Assembly: GCA_964016885.1 (NCBI GenBank)
Contig: CAXHJY010000941.1
Location: 138,109-202,108 of the forward strand
Length of the DNA: 64,000 nucleotides
Direction of reading: 5' to 3'
Source of the DNA: Eledone cirrhosa
Taxonomy: Eukaryota
Shown here: in pieces, positions 43,101-56,771 of the stretch
Position numbering within the stretch: position 1 is the first letter of the stretch
Layout: each line of letters begins with the position of its first letter
Made by a program: the position numbers and the translations under genes
The notes under the pieces: generated by a model
Told to the model about the DNA's origin: nothing
What the model saw: the letters and a program-made list of their open reading frames with translations, nothing else
Databases searched by the model: none

Positions 43101-44094
43101 AAAACCTCCACTAAAGCTACAACAAACAATTCTCTGCAATTACATGATTGTCCAGAAGGACCACATTAAGTTAATGGTGTTCATAGACCAGCATAATAAC
43201 ATAGCAACAGATGGGATGGAATTAAACTAATTGTTCATTAAAGCAAAAACATACAGATTCCTAATAAAGACAACACCAGGAATCTACATGGAACACCTGG
43301 AAAGTTTCCCAAATGATGTAAAAGATTTTATGAAAAAGTCCCAAAACAAAGATACTTCAGGGATGCTTCAGACACTTTCAGGTAGAACAGTCCTAACCTT
43401 GGATTACTAAAAGTGACTACCATTAAATCAGGGTGACCTACTCCCATTTTACTTCCATTTCTTATCTTCCTCTTTGAATGGCCATATTAAAAATAGGCAA
43501 AATAAATGTATGTGGCTTGCAGTTGAGATGAAGCAGAGACACTTGCTCAATGACCTCAGGACACTACATCAACATGTGATAGCTTTTAGTTAGATGAAAA
43601 TTTCTGAGATGCACTTGCTTGCTTCGATACTGGATGACTAAAAATCCTGTTTCATGTGGCTAGCCTGGTTCAAGCAGTGTAGCAGAAGTACCTAGAGATA
43701 AGAACAGTTTTTCATGACCAGTGGTCAGATATGAGCAGTAGTGAGTGACAGTAGTGCTTTCAAACTAGTGGTACTTTATGCCCATCAGGGGCTGGAAAAT
43801 CAAATAAATGCCTAAGACAAATCAATAAAGGGCACTAATAGAGTAGGGTTTTTTTTTCTACAATTCTAGCTAATTCCTCTCAAAATAACAACTCAAACTT
43901 ACTTTTAAGAAGTTTATTTTATGTATCTACCTAAATGTTCTGAAGACTAGGATTTTAATCACCTGTTTAGACATTCCCTATGCTCCGATGATTCCAGACA
44001 TCCCCTGGAAGAAACAATTGTCAGCAAATAAATGTATTAAACTAAGATTTGATTGTTTTAATATTTTGTATATATATATATATATATATATATA

Positions 44095-44372
44095 TTTGAA
44101 TTTGTTTTGCGAGATTTCTAATCTCAAAACGTGTTGAAACAGATATTGTTATACTTTGGGAGGGTCATGCTGCCAATAGAAACACAGGCACCAGTTGGGT
44201 TTCACTTCAATTTATTATAAGTTTCCAGTTGGTTGGTTGGATAACTGGAAGGTTGTTTATATATTGTCAAAGCTCTTTCGTCACACAGTCTGTGACCTCA
44301 GTGACTAGGTTTTTATTTTGTGTCTCCCCTTTGTTCTGCCCTACACCATCTTGTTTTTTGTTCTGCCTGAAA
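44095..44372 (-). mobile_element. Solo pLTR of the PLE family at 21875-23170, with a degenerate HHR, in (TA)n
   Basis: 44145-44357 aligns with 21876-22090. The minus strand of 44266-44305 reads gtca CTGAG gtcac-agactgt-gtgac GAAA gagc TT tgac (core deletion). A small related piece lies at ~4144-4170. Confidence 0.75.
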
Positions 44373-44376
44373 AAAC

Positions 44377-44407
<31 letters not shown>

Positions 44408-44640
44408 CAGGGAGAAAGAGACGATTATGAGGAAGAAAAATATATTTTTTCCTTTTTTCTGTCTCTCAGTCTCTTTTTTCTGGGTTAGAAAATGATTAAA
44501 ACAAAATGTTTTACTTTGTGTGAAGTGTTAAGGTATTAGTTGATTTATTTATTATTTAACAATGTCATTTATTTATCTATTTAATTATTGTCTATTACCG
44601 GTTTCTGCATTTATAAATTTCCAGTTATATATATATATAT

Positions 44641-46960
44641 TTCATTTCATTTCATTTTACGTCCGCTTTTCCCTGCTTACAAGGGTGGGACGGGTCTTAT
44701 TCAGCACAGCATCTCTCCACTTGTCACGGTCCTTCGTCATCTCCACCGTGAGCTTCAATGATCTGAGGTCTGTTCTCACCACCTCCGCCCATGTTTTTCG
44801 TGGTCTACCTCTACCATGTCTTCCTTCAACTGGCATTTCCTGGCACATCTTCACCCATCGGTCATCCTCCATGCGCATCACATGTCCATACCACCTCAGT
44901 CTCCTCTCCCGTACACTACATTCTATCCCTCTCAGACACAGTTTCTCTCTCAACACCTTTATGCTGGGTCGTTCACGCACATTGACACTGCACATCCAAC
45001 GGAGCATGCTTGCCTCATTTCTCTCCAGCCGTTGCATATCCTCTGCAGTTGCTGCCCATGTCTCACTACCATGAGTATCGCGCTCCTCACACAGGCATCA
45101 TATAACCGGCCTTTCGTACGCAGGGAGAAACCCTTCTTCATCAACAGAGGAAGCAGCTCCCTAAACTTCTTCCAACCCGTCCTTATTCTAGATACTATGG
45201 CCTCGGAACACCCCCCCCCCATCCCATGCTAATCTCATCTCCTAGGTACCAGAAGCTATCCACCACTTCTATAGCTCCCGCCTGCATTTGAAAAATGTGT
45301 CTATCAATGCGACTTCTACTGTCTAATTTTCCTGTACATCTACTGCATATGTATTTATCCCTACCTGTTAGTTTGCCTGCTATCCCACTACATTTCTTGT
45401 GTACCCAGGATCTGCATTGTGTGAATTTTATAGAATTTATGCCAGTTCCTTTTCTGCATATTGAACATGGCCATTTCCCTGATGGAATCAGAGTTTTGTC
45501 CTCTTTTCTACTCATCAACATTTTTGTCTTAGCTAGGTTCACTCTCAGTCCTCTTGCTTCCAACTGCTGTTTCCATAGCCAGAATTTATTCTCTAGCTCC
45601 TCTACTGATTCTGCTATAAGAACCAGATCATCAGCATAGAGAAGTTCCCATGAACAGCCAGTCTTAAACTCCTCTGTTATGGCTTGGAGGAGTATAATGA
45701 ACAAGAGCGGGCTGAAGACCGAACCTTGATGTTCTCCTACTTGTATCTGGAATTCCTCACTAAACTCCATTCCTACCCTGACTTTACTGACAGTACCTCT
45801 GTACAAAGTTTGCACTGTCTTCACAAGCCATTCCTCAACACCTAGTTTCCTTAGGGACCACCAGATGACAGATCGGGGTACCCTATCAAAGGCCTTCTCT
45901 AGCTCAACAAAGGCTAAGTATAGTGGCTTATTTTTCTGGAAGAACCTCTCTTGTAATTGTCTCATCAAGAAGACGGCATCTGTTGTACTCTTTCCAGGCA
46001 CAAAACCAAACTGCATCTCATCTAGTTTGACCCTTTCTCTAATTAGTTGTGCTAATATCCTTTCTGCCACTTTCATAACCTGATCCATCAGTTTTATACC
46101 CCTATAATTGCTCCTCTCCAGAGCATCCTCTTTACCTTTGTAGCAATTTATGAGAATACTGCTGCACCAGTCTTTGGGTATCACACCACCATATATAACC
46201 TGATTGATGATGCGTGCAACCAGTTTAGTGCCTATATACCCTGATGCCTTCAGCAGCTATCCAGCAGCCTTACCATTGCCCATTTCCTTAATCGCCTCTT
46301 GGACCCTATATTTGTCAATCTCAATAGCTGGTCCCTCTGTCGGATCTACTGAGGGTAATTTTTCTCGCTCCCATTTGTTCTCCACATTCATCAGTCTCTC
46401 ATAATGACATTTCCAGGCCTCCTTTTTCTGGTCATTCGTGACACTAAGTATACCGGCATCATTCCGGACACATTTATCTCCAACAACATCCTGATTTGCA
46501 TTGACACACTGCCTTGCAATGTGGAACACCACACGCCTCTGATCTTCCCGTCGCAGAACATTGGCAAACCTCCTACTCTCAGCCTCCCTGCATGCTAAGT
46601 ACACCTGATGTCTAGCTTCAATCTTAGTGGCTTTATATACACATCTTGAAGGGCTTTCCTAAATTTGTATTTTAGTGAAAGGTCTTTTAGCTTCCAGACC
46701 TTTCTTCTCCACACCTTCCTGTATGTCTCATTCCATCTCTTGCTTACTGAGATATCACTAATGACTAACCTATGCTGTTGGGTACATTCTTCCCCAGGGT
46801 ATGCCTTGGTATTAGACACTATCTGCCTGTCCCGCTGCCTAACTAGTAAGAAGTCAATCTGGCTTATGTGCTCGCCAGATTTGTAGGTTATTAGGTGGTT
46901 AGCAGGTTTCTGGAAGTTAGTGTTGCAAATAGTCAGTGTACTTGCATCACAAAATTCAAA
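44641..46960 (-). mobile_element. RTE-clade LINE, second family, 5'-truncated with an internal deletion
   Basis: ORFs 46595-46975 (SQIDFLL...TQQHRL), 46257-46604, 45195-46184 (LLYADD), 44959-45222 and 44657-45037, with an (ATGAA)n tail. Confidence 0.93.
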
Positions 46961-47414
46961 GTCAACAGTTGACATGATTTTGATTTTGTATCAGTACTGA
47001 CGGTAATATATATATATATATATGTATTTGAGTGGTGTGTGTGTTCGTATGCATGAGTGTTGATGTGTGAGTGGCATGTGTGTTTGTAGTTTGTATACAT
47101 GAGTGTTGGTGTGTGTGGTGTGTGTGTCGTGTCAATAAGTGGGTTTTTTTATGACTATGCTGTAAAATGGAGGGGTAGAGAGGGCCCTTGAGTCTAGTAA
47201 GACATCCTCTCTAGTGCTGGTGACACAAATAAAAGCACCGAGTCGATGCTGTAAAGTGGCACTGGTGTTAGGAAGGGCATCCAACCAGTGTATCAATGCC
47301 AAAACGCTTATCAGCACAGCAACAAATAGATATATATCATCATAATCATCATCGTTTAACGCCCACTTTCCACGCTAGCATGGGTTAGACTATATATATA
47401 TAATATATATACTC

Positions 47415-47452
<38 letters not shown>

Positions 47453-47481
47453 CTATATATATATATATACTATATATATAT

Positions 47482-49790
47482 ATCATCATCATCATCATCA
47501 AGGTTTAGCATCCGTGTTCCACGCTTGCATGGGTTTGGACGGGGGTTTTCCCACCCGAGGCAAGAGTGGTTGTCTTGCTCGCATAGGACTGCCTGGCGGG
47601 TTTTCTACAGCTGGATGCCCTTCCTAACACCAACCACATTTACAGTGTGGGGCTGGGAGGTTTTTACCGTGTTGCCTACACGGCCACATTACAGTGTGGA
47701 CTGTCTGGCGGGTTTTCTACAGCTGGATGCCCTTCCTAGCACCAACCACATTTACAGTGTGGGGCTGGGAGGTTTTTACCGTGTTGCCTACACGGCCACA
47801 TTACAGCGTGGACTGTGTGTTTTTTTGTCGTGACACCTACACGATCTCATTTGTTTCGGCCTGGATGTTGTGGCACCAACATAACTTTACATTGAAAGGG
47901 GCGGTGTGGATGAGGTGGGGGTGGTGGGACGGGGGTGTGTTTTGATAGAGATGCCTACTGACTGTAGTAGGTTTTTACTTTGTATTTAGGTTAGGCGGGT
48001 CTTCTCTATTACTGAGTACCGCCAAAGGTCTCGGTCCAGTGACATTGTCTTGGAGAGGTGTAAGCGTGTGAGGTCGGAATTTATCATGTCGTCCCAGGTT
48101 TTTCTGGGTCTGCCTACTCCGTGGCTATCTTTATTGCCCAGGCACTTTGTTATACAGCTGTCGTCTTCCATGCGCATCACGTGACCGTACCAACGTAGCC
48201 TTCTCTCGAGTAAACAACATCTGATCCCTCTTATTTCTAATTTTTTCCTTAGTTCGTTTATGCTTAGACGTTCACGTATATTACTATTGCACATCCAGCG
48301 GTGCATGCAAGATTCGTTCCTCTCTAGTCTGCGTATATCCTCTGCACACAATGCCCAGGTCTCACTGCCATGCAGCATTGTTGTTCGTATGCAGGCATCG
48401 TATAACCTGCCTTTCATTTTCAGGGAGAACCCTCTAGCGGCTAATAATGGTATAAGCTCTCTGAACTTTTTCCATCCAGTTCTGACTCTAGCTACTGTAC
48501 TTTCAGAGCACCCTCCCCCACTGCTGATTTTGTCACCCAGGTAACGGAAGCTGTCCACTATTTCTATAGAACCCTCTGCACAATTGAAAGAGCTAGTATT
48601 TTGTGGCCACTTGCTGCTACTTATTGCACCAGAGCACCGGCCACATGTAAAATCTATGTTCTTAGTTAGCTTACCTGTGATCCCACTACATCTTTTATGC
48701 ACCCATACTTTGCATTTGGGACATAAATTGGAGTTTCTACCTACGCCTTTCCTACACACTGAGCATGGCCATTTCCCGGAAGGGACCACCGCCTTATTTT
48801 CTTTCCTACAAACTAGAACTTTAGTCTTAGCCAGGTTAATTTTAAGGCCTTTTGATTCTAGGCCGTGCTTCCATGTTTGGAATTTCTTCTCTAGTTCGGT
48901 CATTGATTCAGCTATGAGCATTAGATCATCTGCGTATAGGAGTTCCCATGGGCAGCCGGTCTTGAACTCCTCTGTTATAGCCTGAAGGGCAATAATAAAT
49001 AGTAGGGGGCTAAGAACAGAGCCCTGATGGACACCAACTTTTACGCTAAACTCTTCACTATATTCGTTGTTAATTCTAACCTTGCTGACTGTTTCTTTAT
49101 ACATGGCTTGTATAGCTCTCACAAGCCATTCGTCAACACCTAGTTTTCTAAGAGCCCACCAGATAATGGAACGGGGGACTCTGTCGAAGGCTTTCTCCAA
49201 GTCAACAAAAGCTAAGTATAGGGGTTTACTTTTAGCTAGGTACTTCTCCTGTAGTTGTCATACAATGAAAAGAGCGTCTGTGGTACTTTTGCCTGACACA
49301 AACCCGAACTGCATTTCATCTAGATCAATTCTCTCTCTGATTAGTTGCGCTATTACTTTTTCCGTGACCTTCATGACCTGGTCGATTAATTTAATTCCTC
49401 TATATTTACACCTATCTAGGGCATCTTCTTTACCCTTGTAACAGTTAATCATGATGCTGCTATGCCAGTCCTTCGGAACAACCCCATTCTGTATGACTTG
49501 GTTTACTACCCAGGTGACCATGGTGTGTCCCACCGTTCCAGAGGCTTTCAGCATCTCAGCAACTATTTCCGAAGGCCCAGCTGCCTTACCCGTCTTCATA
49601 TCTTTGATTGCCTTACTTATTATACTACCTTCGACTAACACTGCTGGTCCCTCTATTGGGTCGATGTGGGGGAGACTGTCTTTCTCCCATTTCTTCTCCT
49701 CATTTAGAAGCCTTTCGTAGTGACACTTCCAAGCTACCTTCTTATCAGCGTCAGTGATGGCAAGTATGCCATCATCATTAAGTACACACA
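47482..49790 (-). mobile_element. RTE-clade LINE, 5'-truncated
   Basis: ORFs 49258-49791 and 47986-49200 are separated by one premature stop. It has a (GAT)n tail, (TA)n flanks and the 112-bp 3' UTR duplication. Confidence 0.95.
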
Positions 49791-49829
49791 TATATATATA
49801 CTATATAGATATACTACATATATATATAC

Positions 49830-49862
<33 letters not shown>

Positions 49863-49895
49863 CTATATATATATATATATATATTATATATACTC

Positions 49896-49959
<64 letters not shown>

Positions 49960-50281
49960 TTATACATATATATATATATATACTATATATATATATATAT
50001 ACTATATATATATATATATTATATATATATATATATATTATACATATATATATATATATTATATATATATATATTATACATATATATATATATATATATA
50101 TACTATATATATATTATACATATATATATATATATATATACTATATATATATTATACATATATATATATATATATACTATATATATATTATACATATATA
50201 TATATATATATATACTATATATATATATATATATAGTATATATATATATACATATATATATACTATATATATATATATGTA

Positions 50282-50321
<40 letters not shown>

Positions 50322-50396
50322 TCCAAACCCATGCAAGCATGGAACACGGACGTTAAACGATGATGATGATGATATATATATACTATATATATATAT

Positions 50397-50451
<55 letters not shown>

Positions 50452-50861
50452 TATATATATATATATACATATATACATGTAAAGTTATATTTAAAATTGT
50501 TGGGTTACAACTAGTAAATATTTATAACTGATATAAAAGCACTCGACAAATATTTGGAGTATATTTACAATATTAAATAAATGGAAAACTATATTTATAA
50601 AACCATATTTATTTCATTATATATATTTCGGGGATATCATATTAACAATATGCTATGCCTTCATCAGACAAAATACAATATAAACAGTTTTATAGATAAA
50701 TATATTCGACATACCGTAATAAACATCAACTTCATTTGAAGAGGTTTACGCTAGCAGTGAAAATACAGAGAGAAAGAAAGAGAGAAAGAAAAGAGGGAAA
50801 AACGAAAGAAAGAAAGACAAAACGAAGAAAAGGAAGAAAAAGAAGAAAAAGAAAAAGAAAA

Positions 50862-52118
50862 ATGGGATCTTCCGACTCAGCTCAGGTAACTGACCTTGTG
50901 GGCTTATTTTTAATCAATTCGCTACATAGGAAAATACCTGGTACTACCGGAGGCTTATATAGGGATGACATGCTTTTACTTATTAATAATAATAACCCTG
51001 AACTAAATAGAAAATGTAAACAAATTACAAAATTTTTTAATTACTTTAACCTTAAAATAGAAATTGAGAACAACCATAGAATAGTCAATTTCCTAGATAT
51101 AACATTAAATCTCAACACATGTCTCCACTATCCTTTTCACAAGTTGAATGAAAACTTAAACTATGTCAATTTTAACTCTAACCACCCCAGATCTGTCAAA
51201 AACACTATAGTAAACTCAGTCCAAAAACGTATCTCTAGGATCTCGTCGAATAGAAAGATTTTTGACGAAAAGGCCCAATACTATAATGATGCACTAGCTA
51301 GGGCAGGGTATGCTGATAAGATTGTATACATAGATAATGATAGACAAACTAAACAAAGTAACAACTTTTTTAATTACGACAACAACATTAACAACTATAA
51401 TAGAAAGCATTACAATAATTCCAAAGGACAAAAAAGAAATAGAACTAGGAACATAATTTGGTTTGCCCCCCCTTTCTCACTAAACATTAAAACCCACATC
51501 GCTAAATTATTTTTCAAAGCTCTTGATAATCGCTTCCCTAGAACACATAGGTATCACTCAATCTTCAATAGGCATACAATTAAATTAACCTACTCATCCA
51601 CCAAAAATTTAGCACAAAATATTAATAGAATAAATAATAGGAACTTAAAACCTACTGATAATAGCATAAATAATATACAAGTTAACAAATGTAACTGTAG
51701 AGATAGATCTAAATGTCCGTTAAATAACAACTGCTTAGTTAAAAATATAGTATACAATTGTAATGTTAATACTGACTCTAATTCTTTTAACTACGTCGGT
51801 TCCACATCGACGGAATTTAAACTTCGCTATAATAACCACAAGAATTCTTTCACAGATCCAAATAAAAAATCTTCAACGGCACTATCAGGGGTACTCTGGC
51901 AACTTAAGCTAGATAACGTTACATATTCGACGGCTTGGAATATAGTCTCAAGAGGGATTCCTTTTAATTCATCCTCTGAGACATGTGACCTCTGCGCAGA
52001 GGAGATATTCTTTATACTAAAATCTAAAAATTCCCTTAACCTACGGACAAATTTATTCAGTTGTTGCAAACATAGATTAAACTCAACGTTTAAATATAAA
52101 TTTAAATTTAAAATGTAG
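50862..52118 (+). CDS. 5'-truncated PLE polyprotein: RT C-terminal half plus GIY-YIG endonuclease (probably Hydra clade)
   Basis: MGSSDSAQVTDLVGL, GGLYRDD, VNFLDITLNL, SNHP, IIWFAPPF, CNCRDRSKCPL (CxCx5C), NIVY...YVGST...FKLRYNNH, CDLCAEE and CKH. The frame is open. The K/R-rich residues from 50736-50861 come from the inverted pLTR. Confidence 0.9.
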   Translation: MGSSDSAQVTDLVGLFLINSLHRKIPGTTGGLYRDDMLLLINNNNPELNRKCKQITKFFNYFNLKIEIENNHRIVNFLDITLNLNTCLHYPFHKLNENLNYVNFNSNHPRSVKNTIVNSVQKRISRISSNRKIFDEKAQYYNDALARAGYADKIVYIDNDRQTKQSNNFFNYDNNINNYNRKHYNNSKGQKRNRTRNIIWFAPPFSLNIKTHIAKLFFKALDNRFPRTHRYHSIFNRHTIKLTYSSTKNLAQNINRINNRNLKPTDNSINNIQVNKCNCRDRSKCPLNNNCLVKNIVYNCNVNTDSNSFNYVGSTSTEFKLRYNNHKNSFTDPNKKSSTALSGVLWQLKLDNVTYSTAWNIVSRGIPFNSSSETCDLCAEEIFFILKSKNSLNLRTNLFSCCKHRLNSTFKYKFKFKM

Positions 52119-53203
52119 TATATTTAGTTTGATTTATATTTATATGAGAACTAGCCGATAAATCTTTTGATTTTTAAATCTTTTGATTCCTAAATCTTTG
52201 ATTCCCTCGTTTTACTCTTTTTATTGTTTATTTTATTTTATTTTATTTATTTTTATTTTTATCTAAACATTCCTCATGAAAAATTAAGCTACCCTAAAAG
52301 CCGATGCTCCAAATTTTTTGAATTAACCTTACACTAGATAAACTTCTATATTAAACATAGGAACATATGTAGACATTATTGGACATCATAATCTTTTTTT
52401 TTTTACGATATTCTTTGCTAGATGTGATTTGATAGATAATTTTTGGCTTTGTCTTGTAATGAACTTGGCAATATATTGTCAATTAACTTTGTAGGGTTGT
52501 TCTTTGTGGTTTATTTTTATTTTCATTTTTATTTTTATTTTTATTTTTTATTTTTATTCTTTTAGTATTGTAGTATTCTATAATATTTTTATTTTTTATT
52601 TTATTTTTAATATTTTTATATGTAAATTTTTAATACGTAATATTTTTTAATACGTAGTATTTTTAATATGCAATATTTTTATTATGTAATATTCTTTCGT
52701 AATATTTTTTTAGTTTTCTATTCTATATTTTTATATATTTTTACTTATTATTATTATTATTGTTATCTTTGTTTATAATATAATATATATTTTCGATTAG
52801 TATATTGAAATCTGCTCTCTATTTCTGCTTGATAGATAATCTTGTAGAGTAATCGCAAGAATAATAATACGCTCAAATTTTTATACCACATTGAGAATGT
52901 TTTCCGATAACTTAGAGTTTGCGGAGTGAATCAGTTGGATTCACATTGAAATTTGTAGCTGTCACATAGACATATGAATTTTTTAAAACTAAAAATAAGA
53001 TAATGAATTTTCACACATTGTGAATACTTGTTTCATTCAGGAATACTGATATTTACAATATAGTGTAAGTTTTATAAATACTAATACATTAAAACATAGG
53101 GTTTTCTACGCCTCGAATATGTCTGGTTATTTTTAAATTTTTTTTTCTCTATATATATATCTCTATATCTCTCTATATATCTCCCTTACATTAATACTTG
53201 AGC

Positions 53204-53242
<39 letters not shown>

Positions 53243-53601
53243 ATGTATCATTGATACACTTACTCAAAATGACCTCCCACTACCTAATTTTCTCTATATA
53301 TATATGTATCTATCTCTATTTCCTCTCTCTCTCTATATATATATATCTTTCTGTCTCTTTACATGAAGCTCTTCGCTTTATCTATTTTTCCATCTCTCTA
53401 TTTTGTTCCATGCATTTCTTCTTTTTCTTTTTCTTCTTTTTCTTCCTTTTCTTCGTTTTGTCTTTCTTTCTTTCGTTTTCCCTCTTTTCTTTCTCTCTTT
53501 CTTTCTCTCTGTATTTTCACTGCTAGCGTAAACCTCTTCAAATGAAGTTGATGTTTATTACGGTATGTCGAATATATTTATCTATAAAACTGTTTATATT
53601 G

Positions 53602-53667
53602 TATTTTGTCTGATGAAGGCATAGCATATTGTTAATATGATATCCCCGAAATATATATAATGAAATA
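53602..53667 (+). ncRNA. Type I hammerhead ribozyme in the PLE pLTR (mirror copy 50610-50675 on minus strand)
   Basis: tattttgt CTGATGA aggcatagcatattgttaatatgatatcccc GAAA tatata TA atgaaata. Stem I closes with GU pairs, and stem III is palindromic. Confidence 0.8.
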
Positions 53668-53731
53668 AATATGGTTTTATAAATATAGTTTTCCATTTAT
53701 TTAATATTGTATATACATATATATATATATA

Positions 53732-53795
<64 letters not shown>

Positions 53796-53846
53796 TATAT
53801 ATATATATATATATATATATACACTATATATATATATATATATATA

Positions 53847-53925
<79 letters not shown>

Positions 53926-53954
53926 TATATATACTATATATATATATATATATA

Positions 53955-53988
<34 letters not shown>

Positions 53989-54093
53989 TATATATATATA
54001 TATATATATATATACTATATATATACTATATATATATATATATATACTATATATATACTATATATATATATATATATATATATACTATATATA

Positions 54094-54124
<31 letters not shown>

Positions 54125-54152
54125 CTATATATATACTATATATATATATATA

Positions 54153-54183
<31 letters not shown>

Positions 54184-54204
54184 CTATATATATATATATA
54201 TATA

Positions 54205-54264
<60 letters not shown>

Positions 54265-54327
54265 CTATATATATACTATATATATATATATATATATATA
54301 TACTATATATATATATATATATATATA

Positions 54328-54376
<49 letters not shown>

Positions 54377-54379
<3 letters not shown>

Positions 54380-56602
54380 TTGATTGCCTTACTTATTATA
54401 CTCCCCTCGACTAACACTGCTGGTCCCTCTATTGGGTCGATATGGGGGAGACTGTCTTTCTCCCATTTATTCTCCTCATTTAGTAGCCTTTCATAGTGAC
54501 ACTTCCAAGCTACCTTCTTATCAGCGTCGGTGATGGCAAGTGTGCCATCGTCGTTTAGTACACACTTCTCCCCGACAATATCACGGTTTTCCTTGACGCA
54601 TTGCCTAGCAATCCTGAACACCTCACGTTTTTGGTCATCGCGTGAGATGCTGAAGGCATCTGGCACGGTGGGACACACCATGGTCACCCGCATAGTTAAC
54701 CAAGTCGTACAGAATGGGGTTGTTCCGAAGGACTGGCATAGCAGCATCATCGTTAACTGTTATAAGGGTAAAGGAGACGCCCTAGATAGGAGTAACTATA
54801 GAGGCATTAAATTAATCGACCAGGTCATGAAGGTCACGGAAAAAGTAATAGCGCAACTAATCAGAGAGAGAATTGACCTAGATGAAATGCAGTTCGGGTT
54901 TGTGTCAGGCAAAAGTACCACAGACGCTCTTTTCATAGTACGACAACTACAGGAGAAGTACCTAGCTAAAGGTAAACCCCTCTACTTAGCTTTTGTCGAC
55001 TTGGAGAAAGCCTTCGACAGAGTCCCCCGCTCCATTATCTGGTGGGCTCTTAGAAAACTAGGCGTTGATGAATGGCTTGTGAGGGCTATACAAGCCATGT
55101 ATAAAGAAACAGTCTGCAAGGTTAGAATTAACAACGAATATAGTGAAGAGTTTAGCGTAAAAGTTGGCGTCCATCAGGGCTCTGTTCTCAGACCACTACT
55201 ATTTATTATTGCCCTTCAGGCTATAACAGAGGAGTTCAAGACAGGCTGCCCATGGGAACTCCTATACGCAGACGACCTGACACTCATAGCGGAATCAATG
55301 GCCGAGCTAGAGAAGAAATTCCAAACATGGAAGCACGGCCTAGAGTCAAAAGGACTTAAAATTAACCTGGCTAAGACCAAAGTACTAGTTTGTAGGAAAG
55401 AAAACAAGGCGGCGGTCCCTTCTGGGAAATGGTCGTGCTCGGTGTGTAGGAAAGGCGTAGGTAGAAACTCCATTTTATGTCCTAAATGCAAAGTATGGGT
55501 GCATAAAAGATGTAGTGGGATCACAGGTAAGCTAACTAAGAACATAGATTTTACATGTGGCCGGTGTTCTGGTGCAATAAGTAGCAGCAAGTGCCCACAA
55601 AATACTAGCTCTTTCAATTGCGCAGAGGGTTCTATAGAAATAGTGGACAGCTTCCGTTACCTGGGCGATAAAATCAGCAGTGGGGGAGGGTGCTCTGAAA
55701 GTACTGTAGCTAGAGTCAGAACTGGTTGGAAAAAGTTCAGATAGCTTATACCACTATTAGCTGCTAAAGGGTTCTCCCTAAAAATGAAAGGCAGGTTGTA
55801 CGATGCCTGCATACGAACAGCAATGCTGCATGGCAGTGAGACCTGGGCATTGTGTGCAGAGGATATACGCAGACTAGAGAGGAACGAAGCTTGCATGCTC
55901 CGCTGGATGTGTAACAGTAATATACGTGAACGGCAAAGCATAAACGAACTAAGGAAAAAATTAGAGATAAGAGGGATCAGATGTTGTTTACTCGAGAGAA
56001 GGCTACGTTGGTATGGACACGTGATGCGCATGAAAGTCGATAGCTGTATAACAAAGTGCAGGGCAATAAAGATAGACGGTAGTCACGGAATAGGCAGACC
56101 TAGAAAAACCTGGGACGAGCTGATAAACTCCGACATCACACACTTACACCTCTCCAAGACAATGTCACTGGACCGAGACCTTTGGCGGTACTCAGTAACA
56201 GAGAAGACCCGCCTTACCTAAATATATAGTAAAACCTACTCCAGCCAGTAGGCATCTCTAACAAAATACACCCCCCCACCCCATCCACACCACCCCGTTC
56301 TATGTAAAGTTATGTTGGTGCCGCGCCATCGAGGCCGAAACAAATGAGATCGTGTAGGTGTCACGACAAAAAAACACACAGTCCACGCTGTAATGTGGCC
56401 GTGTAGGCAACACGGTAAAAACCTCCCAGATCCACACTGTAAATGTGGTTGGTGTTAGGAAGGGCATCCAACTGTAGAAAACCTGCCAGACAGTCCTATG
56501 CGAGCAAGACAATCACTCTTGCCTCAAGTGGGACTACCCCCGTCCAAACCCATGCAAGCGTGGAACACGGACGTTAAACGTTGATGATGATGATGATGAT
56601 GA
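54377..56602 (+). mobile_element. RTE-clade LINE with inverted 5' segment (54377-54642 minus; 54643-56602 plus)
   Basis: The minus segment encodes RDDQKREVF...SKAIKD. The plus segment starts EMLKASG and runs through LLYADD to KTRLT with one premature stop. It has a (GAT)n tail and (TA)n flanks. Confidence 0.95.
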
Positions 56603-56608
56603 TATATA

Positions 56609-56639
<31 letters not shown>

Positions 56640-56740
56640 CTATATATATATATATATATATATATACTATATATATATATATATATATATACTATATATA
56701 TATATATATATATATACTATATATATATATATATATATAC

Positions 56741-56766
<26 letters not shown>

Positions 56767-56771
<5 letters not shown>

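Larger units (their letters stand above)
50479..53711 (+). mobile_element. Young Penelope-like element with ~290-bp inverted pLTRs (50566-50859 / 53419-53711) and an 87-nt tail (50479-50565, minus strand), inserted in (TA)n
   Basis: The arms are near-identical reverse complements, each with an HHR. They enclose an RT/GIY-YIG ORF and an AT-rich 3' UTR. Confidence 0.93.

Noticed and set aside
15300-44000. Host-gene exons among the short ORFs (e.g. 19547-19831, 24248-24629, 34539-34739, 40604-40855)
   Set aside because: No recognisable domain or consistent splice pattern. Some may be very old LINE fragments. Small exons cannot be excluded without RNA-seq.
50736-50861. K/R-rich N-terminus of the 460-aa ORF resembling a nuclear localisation signal
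   Set aside because: It is the reverse complement of the pyrimidine-rich pLTR (53419-53545), joined in frame by chance at the inversion junction, and it has a non-ATG start.
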